A stretch of DNA of 64,000 nucleotides, from positions 31,811 through 95,810 of the forward strand of contig JAZLDW010000026.1 in NCBI GenBank assembly GCA_045614945.1, in the 5' to 3' direction. The notes beneath the pieces were generated by a model. It ran no database searches. It was not told the origin of the DNA and worked only from the letters and a program-made list of their open reading frames with translations. Position numbers and translations under genes: made by a program. Positions 39,336 through 48,059 of this stretch are shown here, one piece after another. The first letter of the stretch is position 1; each line of letters opens with the position of its first letter. This stretch comes from Clostridia bacterium (GTDB lineage: Bacteria > Bacillota > Clostridia > Monoglobales > Monoglobaceae).

Positions 39336-39464
39336 ATCAGCTCCTTATCCGAGAGACACAGACTCTCTTCTATTTAAAAGTATAACCTAAAGCTTTTATG
39401 GTGTCAACGAAGCAAATCATTTGTTATTAAAATAAAATCTATTCGTCACAGCTTCGTAAAAAAC

Positions 39465-39503
39465 ACAAAAAATGATATGCAATTATTTTGCATATCATTT
39501 TTG
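39465..39503 (-). terminator. Intrinsic terminator after the esterase gene
   Basis: 12-bp stem AATGATATGCAA / TTGCATATCATT with loop TTATT. Confidence 0.8.
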
Positions 39504-39507
39504 AAAA

Positions 39508-41784
39508 TTACTCTGTTTTTGTTGAAAATGTTGCCGCCGGAAGATGCGAATCATCTGTAAGATTTGGAATCTCGGCATATGCTCCCCACGCATATCTTGC
39601 ATACACAGGTTCAGATACCTCATAACTTGTCAAGATAACCGTTTTACCATCAAGCTTTGCATTGGCGCGATAGAACTTGCCATCTGCCCCTGCAACCTCA
39701 AACTCCTGCGGCAAAGTTATGTCAATCTTTTCTTTTTGAATCTTCTTTTCGGTCTTTTTGTCTGCATAATTTTCTTTTGGCATAACCCTAAGTTTTCCAT
39801 CACATTCAAAAGTCAGCACAAGACTGTTGCCATCTCTTTCTGAAGCTACATACACAGGCCCGCAAACCGAAACATCTTGTCCATAGCAATCTCTCTTGGC
39901 ATATGCAGCAAACCTCTCGGCTACAATCTTTTTGCCCCAGGGGTGAATATCTTCCCGACAGCTGCCTGTTCCTCCGTTGTAATTTCCAATTATGTCATTT
40001 AAAACAATCATACCCGTGTTTTTGGGGTTTCTTACTTTGTAAAGAGCAAGTCTTTGTCCGTCTCTGACTATAGATTCATCTACCTTATATCGCGTCAGCT
40101 GCGCCCAATAAAACGGAAGCTCCTCTCCCCAATTTTCTCTATACGCGTCCACAAGGCCAGCCATAGCATCACTGTATTCTGTCGCAGACAGATGGGTTCT
40201 GTACTGGTCAGCCTCGCCCTGATAGAGTATTACTCCCTTGATCGCAAGTTTTTCAAAAGGTTTTATTCTGTTGTTATATAAATCGCCGTCGGTCGAAGTA
40301 AAACTGCCGCAAACAGAACCTTTCTCTATCCAGCGATTTATCTCTGTATCTCCAACTGCAACATTTACTACTCCAATCGGATATTTGACAGTTGCTTCGA
40401 TTTCTTTTGCAAAATAATACCCAACCGCCGAGAAATATGCCACTGTATCAGCATCGAGTTTGTTCCAGGCATTTCCACCAAGCGCGGGGTTTTCAAGAGG
40501 AAGAGCCGCTCCGTCAATTCCCTTATTCCACATATTAAGAATGCGAATGTTGTCGTTTTGGATTTCTTTTGTATTTTTAAGCTCCCTCTTAGTCTCTTCT
40601 CCCGCCGCCATATAATAATCCATGTTGGACTGTCCTGTACAAAGCCATATATCACCAAAGGTAACTTCTTTGTATTTTCTGACAATACCGTCACAGTTTA
40701 CCGTCAGTGTATAGTTTCCGCCGGGCGAGAATGTGCCAAGGTTTGCTTCCCAGTTCGAATTTTTATCCGCCATTACTGTACGCGTCACACTGCCGCCAAG
40801 GTAGTTCTCAAGTGTAATTCTGACTTCTCTGTAACGCGGCGCCTTGCCCCACACAATAGCAGGCTTGTCCGCCTGCAACACCATATTGTCACTAAAAACA
40901 TCCGACACCTTAAAGTTAGACGACGCACCGTTGATGCAATAGTTAAGTGGGTTTGGAAACAACTGATAACCATCCTTGTCAAAGACGATTATCCGATAGC
41001 TGTCACCCTCTTTTGTCTCGATTCTTCCAAGGTCAACAGAAAAATCAACAGCCGTATCTTTCGGAAAACTCTGCGCCTTGCTTATAACCTTTTTCAGCAT
41101 TCCTTTATCACTATATGCCGCCGCAACAATTGTTGCCTCTGTATTTTCAGTCGCGTCAAAACCACGCAGGTTAAACCCAATCCTGTACGCAGAACCTCCC
41201 AGGGGGGTGCGCAAAAATCCCGTAGCGGCATACCATTCTATTTCACATATATTAGATTTTTCAGGGATTTCAACCTTGAAGTATCTGTATTCTCCATAAC
41301 CTGAAAATGTCACTTCCTGCCATCCGTCCTCGGGTGATACATCGCCCTCTACCACTGCGATTTGAGTAAAATTCACTTTGTCATTTGACGCATAAAATCT
41401 CGTTCCAAGGCAGTTGTTTCCATCTTTTTTATCGATAGCACCGGCATAGTATCTGATATGTGACAATAGTATCTGTCTGCCCATATCAAGTATAACATCT
41501 GTATCCTTTTCAAACGCTGCAGGTTCATTTGTATCATCATCATACAGAAGCATCGCTATGTTTCTGTCTCCGCCAATTACAGTAAGTCTGCCCGAGGTTA
41601 CCCCTCCTGATGGCACTGCCTTGGCAAAGGGCAAAAACATTTTAAGTTTTGGTTCACTCACCTGCTCTGCAACCTCGCTATTTTTTACAAAAAAATCCTT
41701 AAAACTAAATGCCGCCACACTTTGAGTAAATATAATAAGAGACAGCATCACCACACACAGACTAATCCATCTTTTTTTCTGCAT
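39508..41784 (-). CDS. Secreted sialate O-acetylesterase-family (SASA/DUF303) protein with N-terminal discoidin (F5/8 type C)-like domain
   Basis: 758 aa with a signal peptide. GQSNM nucleophile motif (WLCTGQSNMDYYM) and QGEAD. The N-terminal jelly-roll-like segment ends in ICEIEWY. Confidence 0.75.
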   Translation of the reverse strand: MQKKRWISLCVVMLSLIIFTQSVAAFSFKDFFVKNSEVAEQVSEPKLKMFLPFAKAVPSGGVTSGRLTVIGGDRNIAMLLYDDDTNEPAAFEKDTDVILDMGRQILLSHIRYYAGAIDKKDGNNCLGTRFYASNDKVNFTQIAVVEGDVSPEDGWQEVTFSGYGEYRYFKVEIPEKSNICEIEWYAATGFLRTPLGGSAYRIGFNLRGFDATENTEATIVAAAYSDKGMLKKVISKAQSFPKDTAVDFSVDLGRIETKEGDSYRIIVFDKDGYQLFPNPLNYCINGASSNFKVSDVFSDNMVLQADKPAIVWGKAPRYREVRITLENYLGGSVTRTVMADKNSNWEANLGTFSPGGNYTLTVNCDGIVRKYKEVTFGDIWLCTGQSNMDYYMAAGEETKRELKNTKEIQNDNIRILNMWNKGIDGAALPLENPALGGNAWNKLDADTVAYFSAVGYYFAKEIEATVKYPIGVVNVAVGDTEINRWIEKGSVCGSFTSTDGDLYNNRIKPFEKLAIKGVILYQGEADQYRTHLSATEYSDAMAGLVDAYRENWGEELPFYWAQLTRYKVDESIVRDGQRLALYKVRNPKNTGMIVLNDIIGNYNGGTGSCREDIHPWGKKIVAERFAAYAKRDCYGQDVSVCGPVYVASERDGNSLVLTFECDGKLRVMPKENYADKKTEKKIQKEKIDITLPQEFEVAGADGKFYRANAKLDGKTVILTSYEVSEPVYARYAWGAYAEIPNLTDDSHLPAATFSTKTE

Positions 41785-42237
41785 GATACCATCTCTCCAA
41801 TCTTTAAAATTTCTCTGTTTTCAAGTGATGTAATTTTACAACATTTTGCCTTTTTTGTCAACAGAAACCCTTTGTATATTTGCCCATAAGATTTAGATTT
41901 TTTCTTTAATCCCTTAAGTTTTCAGAATATATTTTCAAAACAAACAGAAAATAATCATATAAGGCACAAGCCTTATATCAAAAATTACTTTAAATAATCA
42001 AATATCATATGTGTAATAATAAAAACTTGGATCTTTATTATTTGAAAGGGTCAAAATAATGTCTATGTTATATTCTTTCTCATCATCGGAGTTTTTAAAC
42101 TGCAGAGTTTATATTCCGATTTTTGTATGATATAGGCGCTCCTGAAAATTTCAGGTGCGCTTACATATGAAAACAATTTCTGCTAATACTACCATTTATA
42201 ACATTTATAAATATATACAGTCAAGGAGAATTTAATT

Positions 42238-43491
42238 ATGTCATATTACACAATATCGCCAGGCACTCTTCTGTCGGGAAGCGTTAAAATAAGCGGCTCA
42301 AAAAATGCATCTTTACCGATTCTTGCCGCAACCTTGCTATGCGAAGGAAGATATGTTATTAAAAATATTCCAATACTTTCCGATATACAAAATATGTGTG
42401 CAATATTAAAGTGTACAGGGGCAAACTGTAACCGTCTGTCAAACGGCGATGTTGAGGTTATAACAGCTTGTTGTACCACAAAGACTGTACCCCTTGAACT
42501 TGTTGGCAAATTAAGGGCATCATTCTTAATAATCGGTCCACTTCTTGCAAGATGCGGAAGAATTCGAATCCCTCTTCCCGGCGGCTGCAAGATAGGGGCA
42601 CGACCTATCGACTTGCATCTGAAGGGATTTGAGGCGATGGGAGCAAAAATCCGTCAGGGACATGGGTATGTCGACTTAAAGTGCACCAGTCTGTCAGGGG
42701 CAAAAATTTATCTTGATTTTCCAAGTGTTGGTGCCACCGAAAACATAATGACCGCCGCATGTCTTGCAAAAGGAGAAACAATAATCGAAAATGCCGCCAA
42801 CGAACCTGAAATTGTAGATCTGGCAAATTTTTTGTCCTGTATGGGGGCAGAGATATCAGGTGCCGGCACCGACACGATTCGTATAAGAGGAATTTCAAAT
42901 TTGCAACCTACAAATTACAGAATTATTCCTGACAGAATTGAGGCAGGTACATTTATGGCAATTTCAGCGGTGTGCAAAAGCCCGATAACTCTCACTGATG
43001 TTGTGCCAAAACACCTTGGGCCCGTCACAGCCAAGCTTTGTGAAATGGGATTCTCCATAACCGAAAGCAATAATTCTATCTCTATTATCCCTTGCGAAAA
43101 GCCAAAATCCGTCGATATAAAAACTCTCCCTTATCCCGGATTTCCTACCGATATGCAATCGCAGTTTATGTCTTTAATGAGCGTTGCCGATGGCACAGGA
43201 GTTGTGGTAGAGACTGTCTTTGAAAACAGGTTTATGCAGGTTCCAGAGCTTTTGCGCATGGGCGCAAAAATAAAGATTGACGGCAGAACCGCCATAATTG
43301 ACGGCACAAAAAAATTAAGCGGAGCGCAGGTACGCGCGACCGACCTGCGCGCTGGGGCAGCGTTGGTAATTGCCGCGCTTGCAGCACAAGGTCAGTCAGA
43401 AATTCATGATATTGAACATATAGAGAGGGGCTACGAAAATTTTGAGGGCAAACTCTCCTCTATAGGAGTTAATATAAAAAAATATAGTTAA
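42238..43491 (+). CDS. murA: UDP-N-acetylglucosamine 1-carboxyvinyltransferase
   Basis: KISGSKNASLPILAA and the active-site PGGCKIGARPIDLH. Confidence 0.95.
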   Translation: MSYYTISPGTLLSGSVKISGSKNASLPILAATLLCEGRYVIKNIPILSDIQNMCAILKCTGANCNRLSNGDVEVITACCTTKTVPLELVGKLRASFLIIGPLLARCGRIRIPLPGGCKIGARPIDLHLKGFEAMGAKIRQGHGYVDLKCTSLSGAKIYLDFPSVGATENIMTAACLAKGETIIENAANEPEIVDLANFLSCMGAEISGAGTDTIRIRGISNLQPTNYRIIPDRIEAGTFMAISAVCKSPITLTDVVPKHLGPVTAKLCEMGFSITESNNSISIIPCEKPKSVDIKTLPYPGFPTDMQSQFMSLMSVADGTGVVVETVFENRFMQVPELLRMGAKIKIDGRTAIIDGTKKLSGAQVRATDLRAGAALVIAALAAQGQSEIHDIEHIERGYENFEGKLSSIGVNIKKYS

Positions 43492-43515
43492 AAAAGGGGC
43501 ATATACCCCTTTTTT
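43491..43515. terminator. Bidirectional intrinsic terminator (murA / gpr convergent)
   Basis: AAAAGGGG / CCCCTTTT with a 6-nt loop. Confidence 0.75.
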
Positions 43516-43517
43516 AA

Positions 43518-44495
43518 CTATACATACCTATCAATATCATCAAGTGTTATACCCCTATGCAGAGAGATATTTATTCCATTTGCAATAACTGATGAAATGT
43601 CATCAGTTATGCTGTCTACATCTTTTGGAGCAACTATCATGTTTCCAAACTCCGGCTCAATCGCCGCGCGTATTTTGTCATATCTATCAGTTCCATCATA
43701 TGAGAATTCTTTATTTTTACTGTCTTCATCACCAAAAGCAAGATCAAGTCCTGCCGCAGCAATTGTTGCTGCATCTACAACCGTCGGCACACCTATTGCA
43801 ATCACAGGTACGCCAAGAGTCTGAGAGTTGATGGTTTTTCTATTGTTGCCAACTCCTGCCCCCGGAGTTATTCCCGTATCGGTTATCTGTATAGTGGTAT
43901 TTATTCTCTCGACTCTGCCCGAGCAGAGCGCATCTATTGCAATAACAAGTTTTGGCGAGATTTTTTCCGTAAGACCTCTTATAATTTCCTCCGTCTCCAT
44001 GCCCGTTGTACCAAGCACTCCGGGAGCAATTGCACACACAGGACGGATTCCTTCATCTATCTCATCAGGTATATATTTTTTAAGATGTCTTGTTATCATA
44101 AGCGAGGAAATAACCTTAGGCCCAAGCGAATCTGCAGTTATTTCACGGTTTCCAAGTCCAACAACAAGAACTGTGTCGTCCTCTCCTGACAATTTTTGTC
44201 CCGTGATTGACGCAAGTTCCTTTGCGCACCTTTTGCACATCTTTTCATAAATCTCCTGCTGACCGTAGAATCTTGCAGGCATCTCTATTGTTATATAACT
44301 GCCGACCGGCTTACCAAGTTCTCTTGCTCCTTCTTCGCTATCAACCCTCACCCTGGTTACCTTGATATATCCGTCACTTTTATCTTCTTCTATATTCACA
44401 CCATTTACGCTAAGTTCTCCACTGCTGCCTGCCGATAACATTTCATGAGCTTCTATGGCAAGGTCACATCTCGTTATATTTGCATCTTCACTCAT
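43518..44495 (-). CDS. gpr: GPR endopeptidase (spore germination protease)
   Basis: 325 aa with GPR-family layout (VVGLGN, AIDAL). The call rests on recall of the family. Confidence 0.85.
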   Translation of the reverse strand: MSEDANITRCDLAIEAHEMLSAGSSGELSVNGVNIEEDKSDGYIKVTRVRVDSEEGARELGKPVGSYITIEMPARFYGQQEIYEKMCKRCAKELASITGQKLSGEDDTVLVVGLGNREITADSLGPKVISSLMITRHLKKYIPDEIDEGIRPVCAIAPGVLGTTGMETEEIIRGLTEKISPKLVIAIDALCSGRVERINTTIQITDTGITPGAGVGNNRKTINSQTLGVPVIAIGVPTVVDAATIAAAGLDLAFGDEDSKNKEFSYDGTDRYDKIRAAIEPEFGNMIVAPKDVDSITDDISSVIANGINISLHRGITLDDIDRYV

Positions 44496-44599
44496 AGTTT
44501 TACCCCCATTTTATTTGTTTCTCCCTGCTTATTTTTATAATTTATTTTTAGATAATTGCAAAAAAATATGTAAATTTCAAAACTTTTTTAAAAAAAACC

Positions 44600-44628
44600 T
44601 TGCATTTTATAAAAATTCGTGGTAGAAT
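44600..44628 (+). promoter_or_regulatory. Sigma-A promoter for rpsT
   Basis: TTGCAT 44600-44605, 17-nt spacer, TG-extended TAGAAT 44623-44628. Confidence 0.6.
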
Positions 44629-44675
44629 GTTTAATACTGATGCGAAATCAAGATCGATTGTTTGGAGGTGAAACT

Positions 44676-44936
44676 ATGCCTAATATTAAATCAGCTAAAA
44701 AGAGAGTTATGGTTATAAAGAAAAAGACTCTTCAGAACCAGATGCTTAAATCTCAACTTAAAACAGCAATCAAGAAGTTTGAAGCTTCTCTTAAAGATGG
44801 TAAGGCAGCTGCCTCCGAAGCTTATAACTTTGTTGTAAAGAAAACTGACCAGGCCGTTGCAAAGGGTATTCTCCACAAGAATACAGCAGCTCGCAGAAAG
44901 AGTCAGTATGCGGCAAAGATTAACAAGATTGCTTAA
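44676..44936 (+). CDS. rpsT: 30S ribosomal protein S20
   Basis: MPNIKSAKKRV... follows GGAGGTG. The longer ORF from 44619 is an artefactual extension. Confidence 0.95.
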   Translation: MPNIKSAKKRVMVIKKKTLQNQMLKSQLKTAIKKFEASLKDGKAAASEAYNFVVKKTDQAVAKGILHKNTAARRKSQYAAKINKIA

Positions 44937-44978
44937 TTTCAGCGACTTAATAACACTAAGATAAAAATTCTACAATTA

Positions 44979-45030
44979 TAAAGGGGCTACATCAAAGCAT
45001 AGTATTGTACTTTGATGTAGCCCCTTTTTA
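44979..45030. terminator. Bidirectional intrinsic terminator (rpsT / mecA convergent)
   Basis: 18-bp stem AAAGGGGCTACATCAAAG / CTTTGATGTAGCCCCTTT. Confidence 0.85.
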
Positions 45031-45039
45031 TTTGTGTAT

Positions 45040-45663
45040 CTAACTAAAATATTTATTTACTACTTCAACGGCATTGCCCTCTATCATCATAGTGCCGCAT
45101 TCTGAAAGTTTGCCATGAACATACATACTGTTGCTCTCTTTGTCAGCAAACTCTGGCAGAAGAATCTCCGCCTCGCATACAGAGACAGTATCTGATGATG
45201 CAAGATACAGATAATAGAAATTATCCATCTTATAAAGAGTGCTTATCCCCCTGTATCTGCAAATTTCTTTAGATGCCATGCAGACATCCTCAAAAGAAGC
45301 AAACCTATATATGTATTTGTGTGTACCACGCGCAGAATCAGGCAATCTCTTGAGTTCAGCAGTGCGAAGCTTACCCTTGTAGGCGCAACCATTTACGGCT
45401 TCCTTCATTTCTCTCTCGCTGCGCACCTTAGTTATAAGCATACCGATTCCGTCATCACCATGAGGAATAGTCTCTACAAACAAGTTCGCACCATCTATCG
45501 TAAAATCTACACTCTCCTTTGCCATTCCTATTGCACGCCAGAACATCTTTTGTACCTCAGGAGTGTTTTGAGATATATTTTTTACGGTTATATTCCATTC
45601 CCTCGCCTCGTCGCTATCAATCATAACCTTTATTTTGTTGTCATTTATACGTTCTATTTTCAT
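45040..45663 (-). CDS. mecA: Adaptor protein MecA
   Basis: MKIERINDNKIKV... resembles the MecA N-terminus. The start at ATG 45663 follows GGAGGAATT. Confidence 0.8.
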   Translation of the reverse strand: MKIERINDNKIKVMIDSDEAREWNITVKNISQNTPEVQKMFWRAIGMAKESVDFTIDGANLFVETIPHGDDGIGMLITKVRSEREMKEAVNGCAYKGKLRTAELKRLPDSARGTHKYIYRFASFEDVCMASKEICRYRGISTLYKMDNFYYLYLASSDTVSVCEAEILLPEFADKESNSMYVHGKLSECGTMMIEGNAVEVVNKYFS

Positions 45664-45906
45664 TGTCAATTCCTCCGGACCGCGTATCCCCTTGATGCAA
45701 ATCTTTCTCATGTCACTATAAATTATTATGTCATTTATCTTGCTAATATTCCCGTATAATTGCTTTTATTATACCAATACAAATATAGAATGCAATACAT
45801 TTCCACAATTGTAAATTATGCGTAAACTTACTGAAAACTTTGTAACAATTGAGAAATATTGTCACATGATTTTTCTAAAAATTAAAGGATTTTTAGTAAT
45901 CTTCTA

Positions 45907-45935
45907 TTGTATTATTTTATTATATGTGATATACT
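45907..45935 (+). promoter_or_regulatory. Orphan sigma-A promoter driving the candidate sRNA
   Basis: TTGTAT 45907-45912, 17-nt spacer, TG-extended TATACT 45930-45935. No ORF with an RBS lies downstream. Confidence 0.55.
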
Positions 45936-45941
45936 GATAAT

Positions 45942-46146
45942 GTAAAACTGAATATTCCCTGCTCTGTTTGTAGAGACGGTTATAATGTAAAACCAACAAT
46001 TTTTTTAAGGGGCTTTGTCTCCGAAGGCGGCGCACATGCCTTATGTCATTTGACATCCGGAGGACTTGTAATGTTTTCGGGCGTTTTCCCACCTGGTTTC
46101 CAGGTTTTTACCTTAGACCGTTTACGGCACGGCGGGGTTTTTTATT
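45942..46146 (+). ncRNA. Candidate ~200-nt structured small RNA with a rod-like, 6S (SsrS)-like architecture
   Basis: The 5' arm 45957-45994 pairs with the 3' arm 46103-46137 (about 30 bp, including 5 G-U pairs valid only for plus-strand RNA). A GC-rich interior carries local hairpins. The 3' end is GGCGGGG + U6. The downstream gene has its own promoter. Confidence 0.45.
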
Positions 46147-46172
46147 GTTAATTATCAATGTGCAAAAAATGC

Positions 46173-46201
46173 TTGACAAATCTTTTTATTTACGATATAA
46201 A
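46173..46201 (+). promoter_or_regulatory. Sigma-A promoter for rsmD
   Basis: TTGACA 46173-46178, 17-nt spacer, TATAAA 46196-46201. Confidence 0.6.
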
Positions 46202-46268
46202 TATTAGAGAAGTATAATGTTTTGTCATATTTGTATGTGGCAATGCTTAATTTATGGGAGGACTTTAT

Positions 46269-46814
46269 TTGCGTGTTATTGCGGGCATTCGAAAAGGCCT
46301 AAAGTTAAACGCCCCAAGCGGCATGGACACTCGTCCGACTACCGACAGGGTAAAGGAATCTGTTTTCAACATTATTCAAACATATCTTCCATCCGGCAGG
46401 GTTTTAGACCTGTTTGCCGGCAGCGGTGCGCTTGGCATCGAGGCTCTCAGCCGTCGCACAGAAAGATGTGTTTTTGTTGAACACGACAGAGCATCCTTTA
46501 ATCTGGTCAAACAGAATGTCGCTCTTGCAAAGTTTGAGGATTCTTCAGAAATTATCTTTTCTGACTCTCTCTCATATCTTGATACAAAGCCATCACCCTT
46601 TGACATAATTTTTCTTGACCCACCTTATAATAAGGGATATATTTCGAAGGCACTTGATAAGATCGTCAATCAAAATCTTTTAAATTCCGACGGAATTGTC
46701 GTTGTCGAAACTCAAAATGGCGGCGAAGGTGCAAATCATCCTTTATTTAAGACCTTAAAGTGTGCTATTTATGGCAAAACTATAATTACAATACTTAAGC
46801 AAAATACTTTATGA
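46269..46814 (+). CDS. rsmD: 16S rRNA (guanine966-N2)-methyltransferase
   Basis: LDLFAGSGALGIE SAM motif and DPPY motif (FLDPPYNKG). I prefer the TTG start at 46269, 6 nt after GGGAGGA. The ORF is open from ATG 46254. Confidence 0.9.
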   Translation: MRVIAGIRKGLKLNAPSGMDTRPTTDRVKESVFNIIQTYLPSGRVLDLFAGSGALGIEALSRRTERCVFVEHDRASFNLVKQNVALAKFEDSSEIIFSDSLSYLDTKPSPFDIIFLDPPYNKGYISKALDKIVNQNLLNSDGIVVVETQNGGEGANHPLFKTLKCAIYGKTIITILKQNTL

Positions 46815-46853
46815 GCAATACCTTAAGAACACATAAAATAGGAGGATATTACA

Positions 46854-47351
46854 ATGGATGGATTAGAATTATTAGATGAATTGGAAGACATAATAGACAA
46901 AGGTGCCAGTGTTCCTTTTTCAGGTCGCTGTATTTTAGAGCGTGATGAGCTCATGGACATCCTTCAGGAACTCAAGCTTAAATTGCCTGATGACCTTAAG
47001 CAGGCAAAATGGATTAAGGAGGAGCGTCAGCGTATCCTTCGCGAAGCACAGATTGAGGCTGATGATATTATCAAGGCTGCAAACGAAAAGGGTATTTCAA
47101 TGATTAATGAGCACGAAATCACCCAGCAGGCTATTGAGCAGGCTCGTCAAATTATTGACAGAGCAAAGGCAGAAGCTCGTGCAATTCAGGATTCATCCTT
47201 TAACTATGCTGACAGTCTTCTTGAGACGGTCGAAAAGGTAAGCGTTTCTTCTATGAAAGAGCTCGAACAATGCATCTCTATTGTTCGAAGCAACAGAAGC
47301 GAACTCAGAAGCACCAACAGCGTAACAGTTGTCTCGGACGAGCTCGAATAA
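46854..47351 (+). CDS. Hypothetical coiled-coil protein
   Basis: 165 aa, highly charged and helical, preceded by an AGGAGGA RBS. I am confident of no specific family. Confidence 0.55.
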   Translation: MDGLELLDELEDIIDKGASVPFSGRCILERDELMDILQELKLKLPDDLKQAKWIKEERQRILREAQIEADDIIKAANEKGISMINEHEITQQAIEQARQIIDRAKAEARAIQDSSFNYADSLLETVEKVSVSSMKELEQCISIVRSNRSELRSTNSVTVVSDELE

Positions 47352-47363
47352 TCTATGTAAAAT

Positions 47364-47390
47364 AAAAACACCCTATTGGGTGTTTTTTAT
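47364..47390. terminator. Bidirectional intrinsic terminator
   Basis: AAACACCC / GGGTGTTT stem with loop TATT, flanked by A- and T-runs. Confidence 0.75.
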
Positions 47391-47920
47391 TTTGCTTCTA
47401 TTATGGCATAGTCTCCGTCTTTTCTCTTATAAACAACGCTTGTATTCATCGTATCAGCATCAGTGAAGATAAAGAAATCGTGTCCAAGCATATTCATCTG
47501 CAAGACCGCTTCCTCTGCCATCATCGGCTTTATGTCTATCCTCTTTACTCTGGTAATCCTGAATTCTTCTTTTTGTTCTTCTACATCTGCCCCAAGATTG
47601 TCAATACTATAATTTTCAAGTGCATCATCACGCAGTCTTTTTGCAAGTTTAGTCTTGTGCCTTCTTATCTGGCGGTCAATGCCGGAGAGGCAAATATCAA
47701 CAGCTGTAAGAAGATCGCGATTTCTCTCCTCTGAGCGAATAAGAAAGCCTTTATACACAAAGGTTATCTCTATAACCATATGCTCACTCTGTTGAGAAAC
47801 CTGAATTTTACATTCCCCGTCGTTGTCAAAAAACTTGTTCAATTTTTCAACCTTTGCAAGAATTTTCTTCTTAGTCGATTCTGCAAGTTCTACCTGCTTA
47901 CAAAAAATCTTGTAGGTCAT
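47387..47920 (-). CDS. hpf: Ribosome hibernation promoting factor (long form)
   Basis: 177 aa. An N-terminal sigma-54-modulation/RaiA fold plus the C-terminal dimerisation domain typical of long HPF. Confidence 0.9.
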   Translation of the reverse strand: MTYKIFCKQVELAESTKKKILAKVEKLNKFFDNDGECKIQVSQQSEHMVIEITFVYKGFLIRSEERNRDLLTAVDICLSGIDRQIRRHKTKLAKRLRDDALENYSIDNLGADVEEQKEEFRITRVKRIDIKPMMAEEAVLQMNMLGHDFFIFTDADTMNTSVVYKRKDGDYAIIEAK

Positions 47921-48059
47921 AATATTGCCTCCTGTCGCTTAAATTTTGCAGTCATTCAAAATATACCTGACTACTATATATTATACAACATTTTAAACAA
48001 TATTACAATAGTTTTATATCGTCTTTTTATACAAAGTTACCAATATTGTTTTATTTCTT

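Noticed and set aside
40558-41304. 248-aa plus-strand ORF inside the esterase gene
   Set aside because: Antisense to a 758-aa CDS that has clear SASA motifs. Its product is basic and low complexity.
45904-46092. 62-aa minus-strand ORF (MGKRPKTLQVLRMS...) in the mecA-rsmD gap
   Set aside because: No RBS, an arginine-rich product and no recognisable fold. The region is better explained by the plus-strand structured RNA, whose G-U pairs fix the strand.
47921-48059. raiA-motif RNA upstream of hpf
   Set aside because: The 139-nt hpf upstream region is AT-rich with no extended pairing and is too short for that ~200-nt motif.
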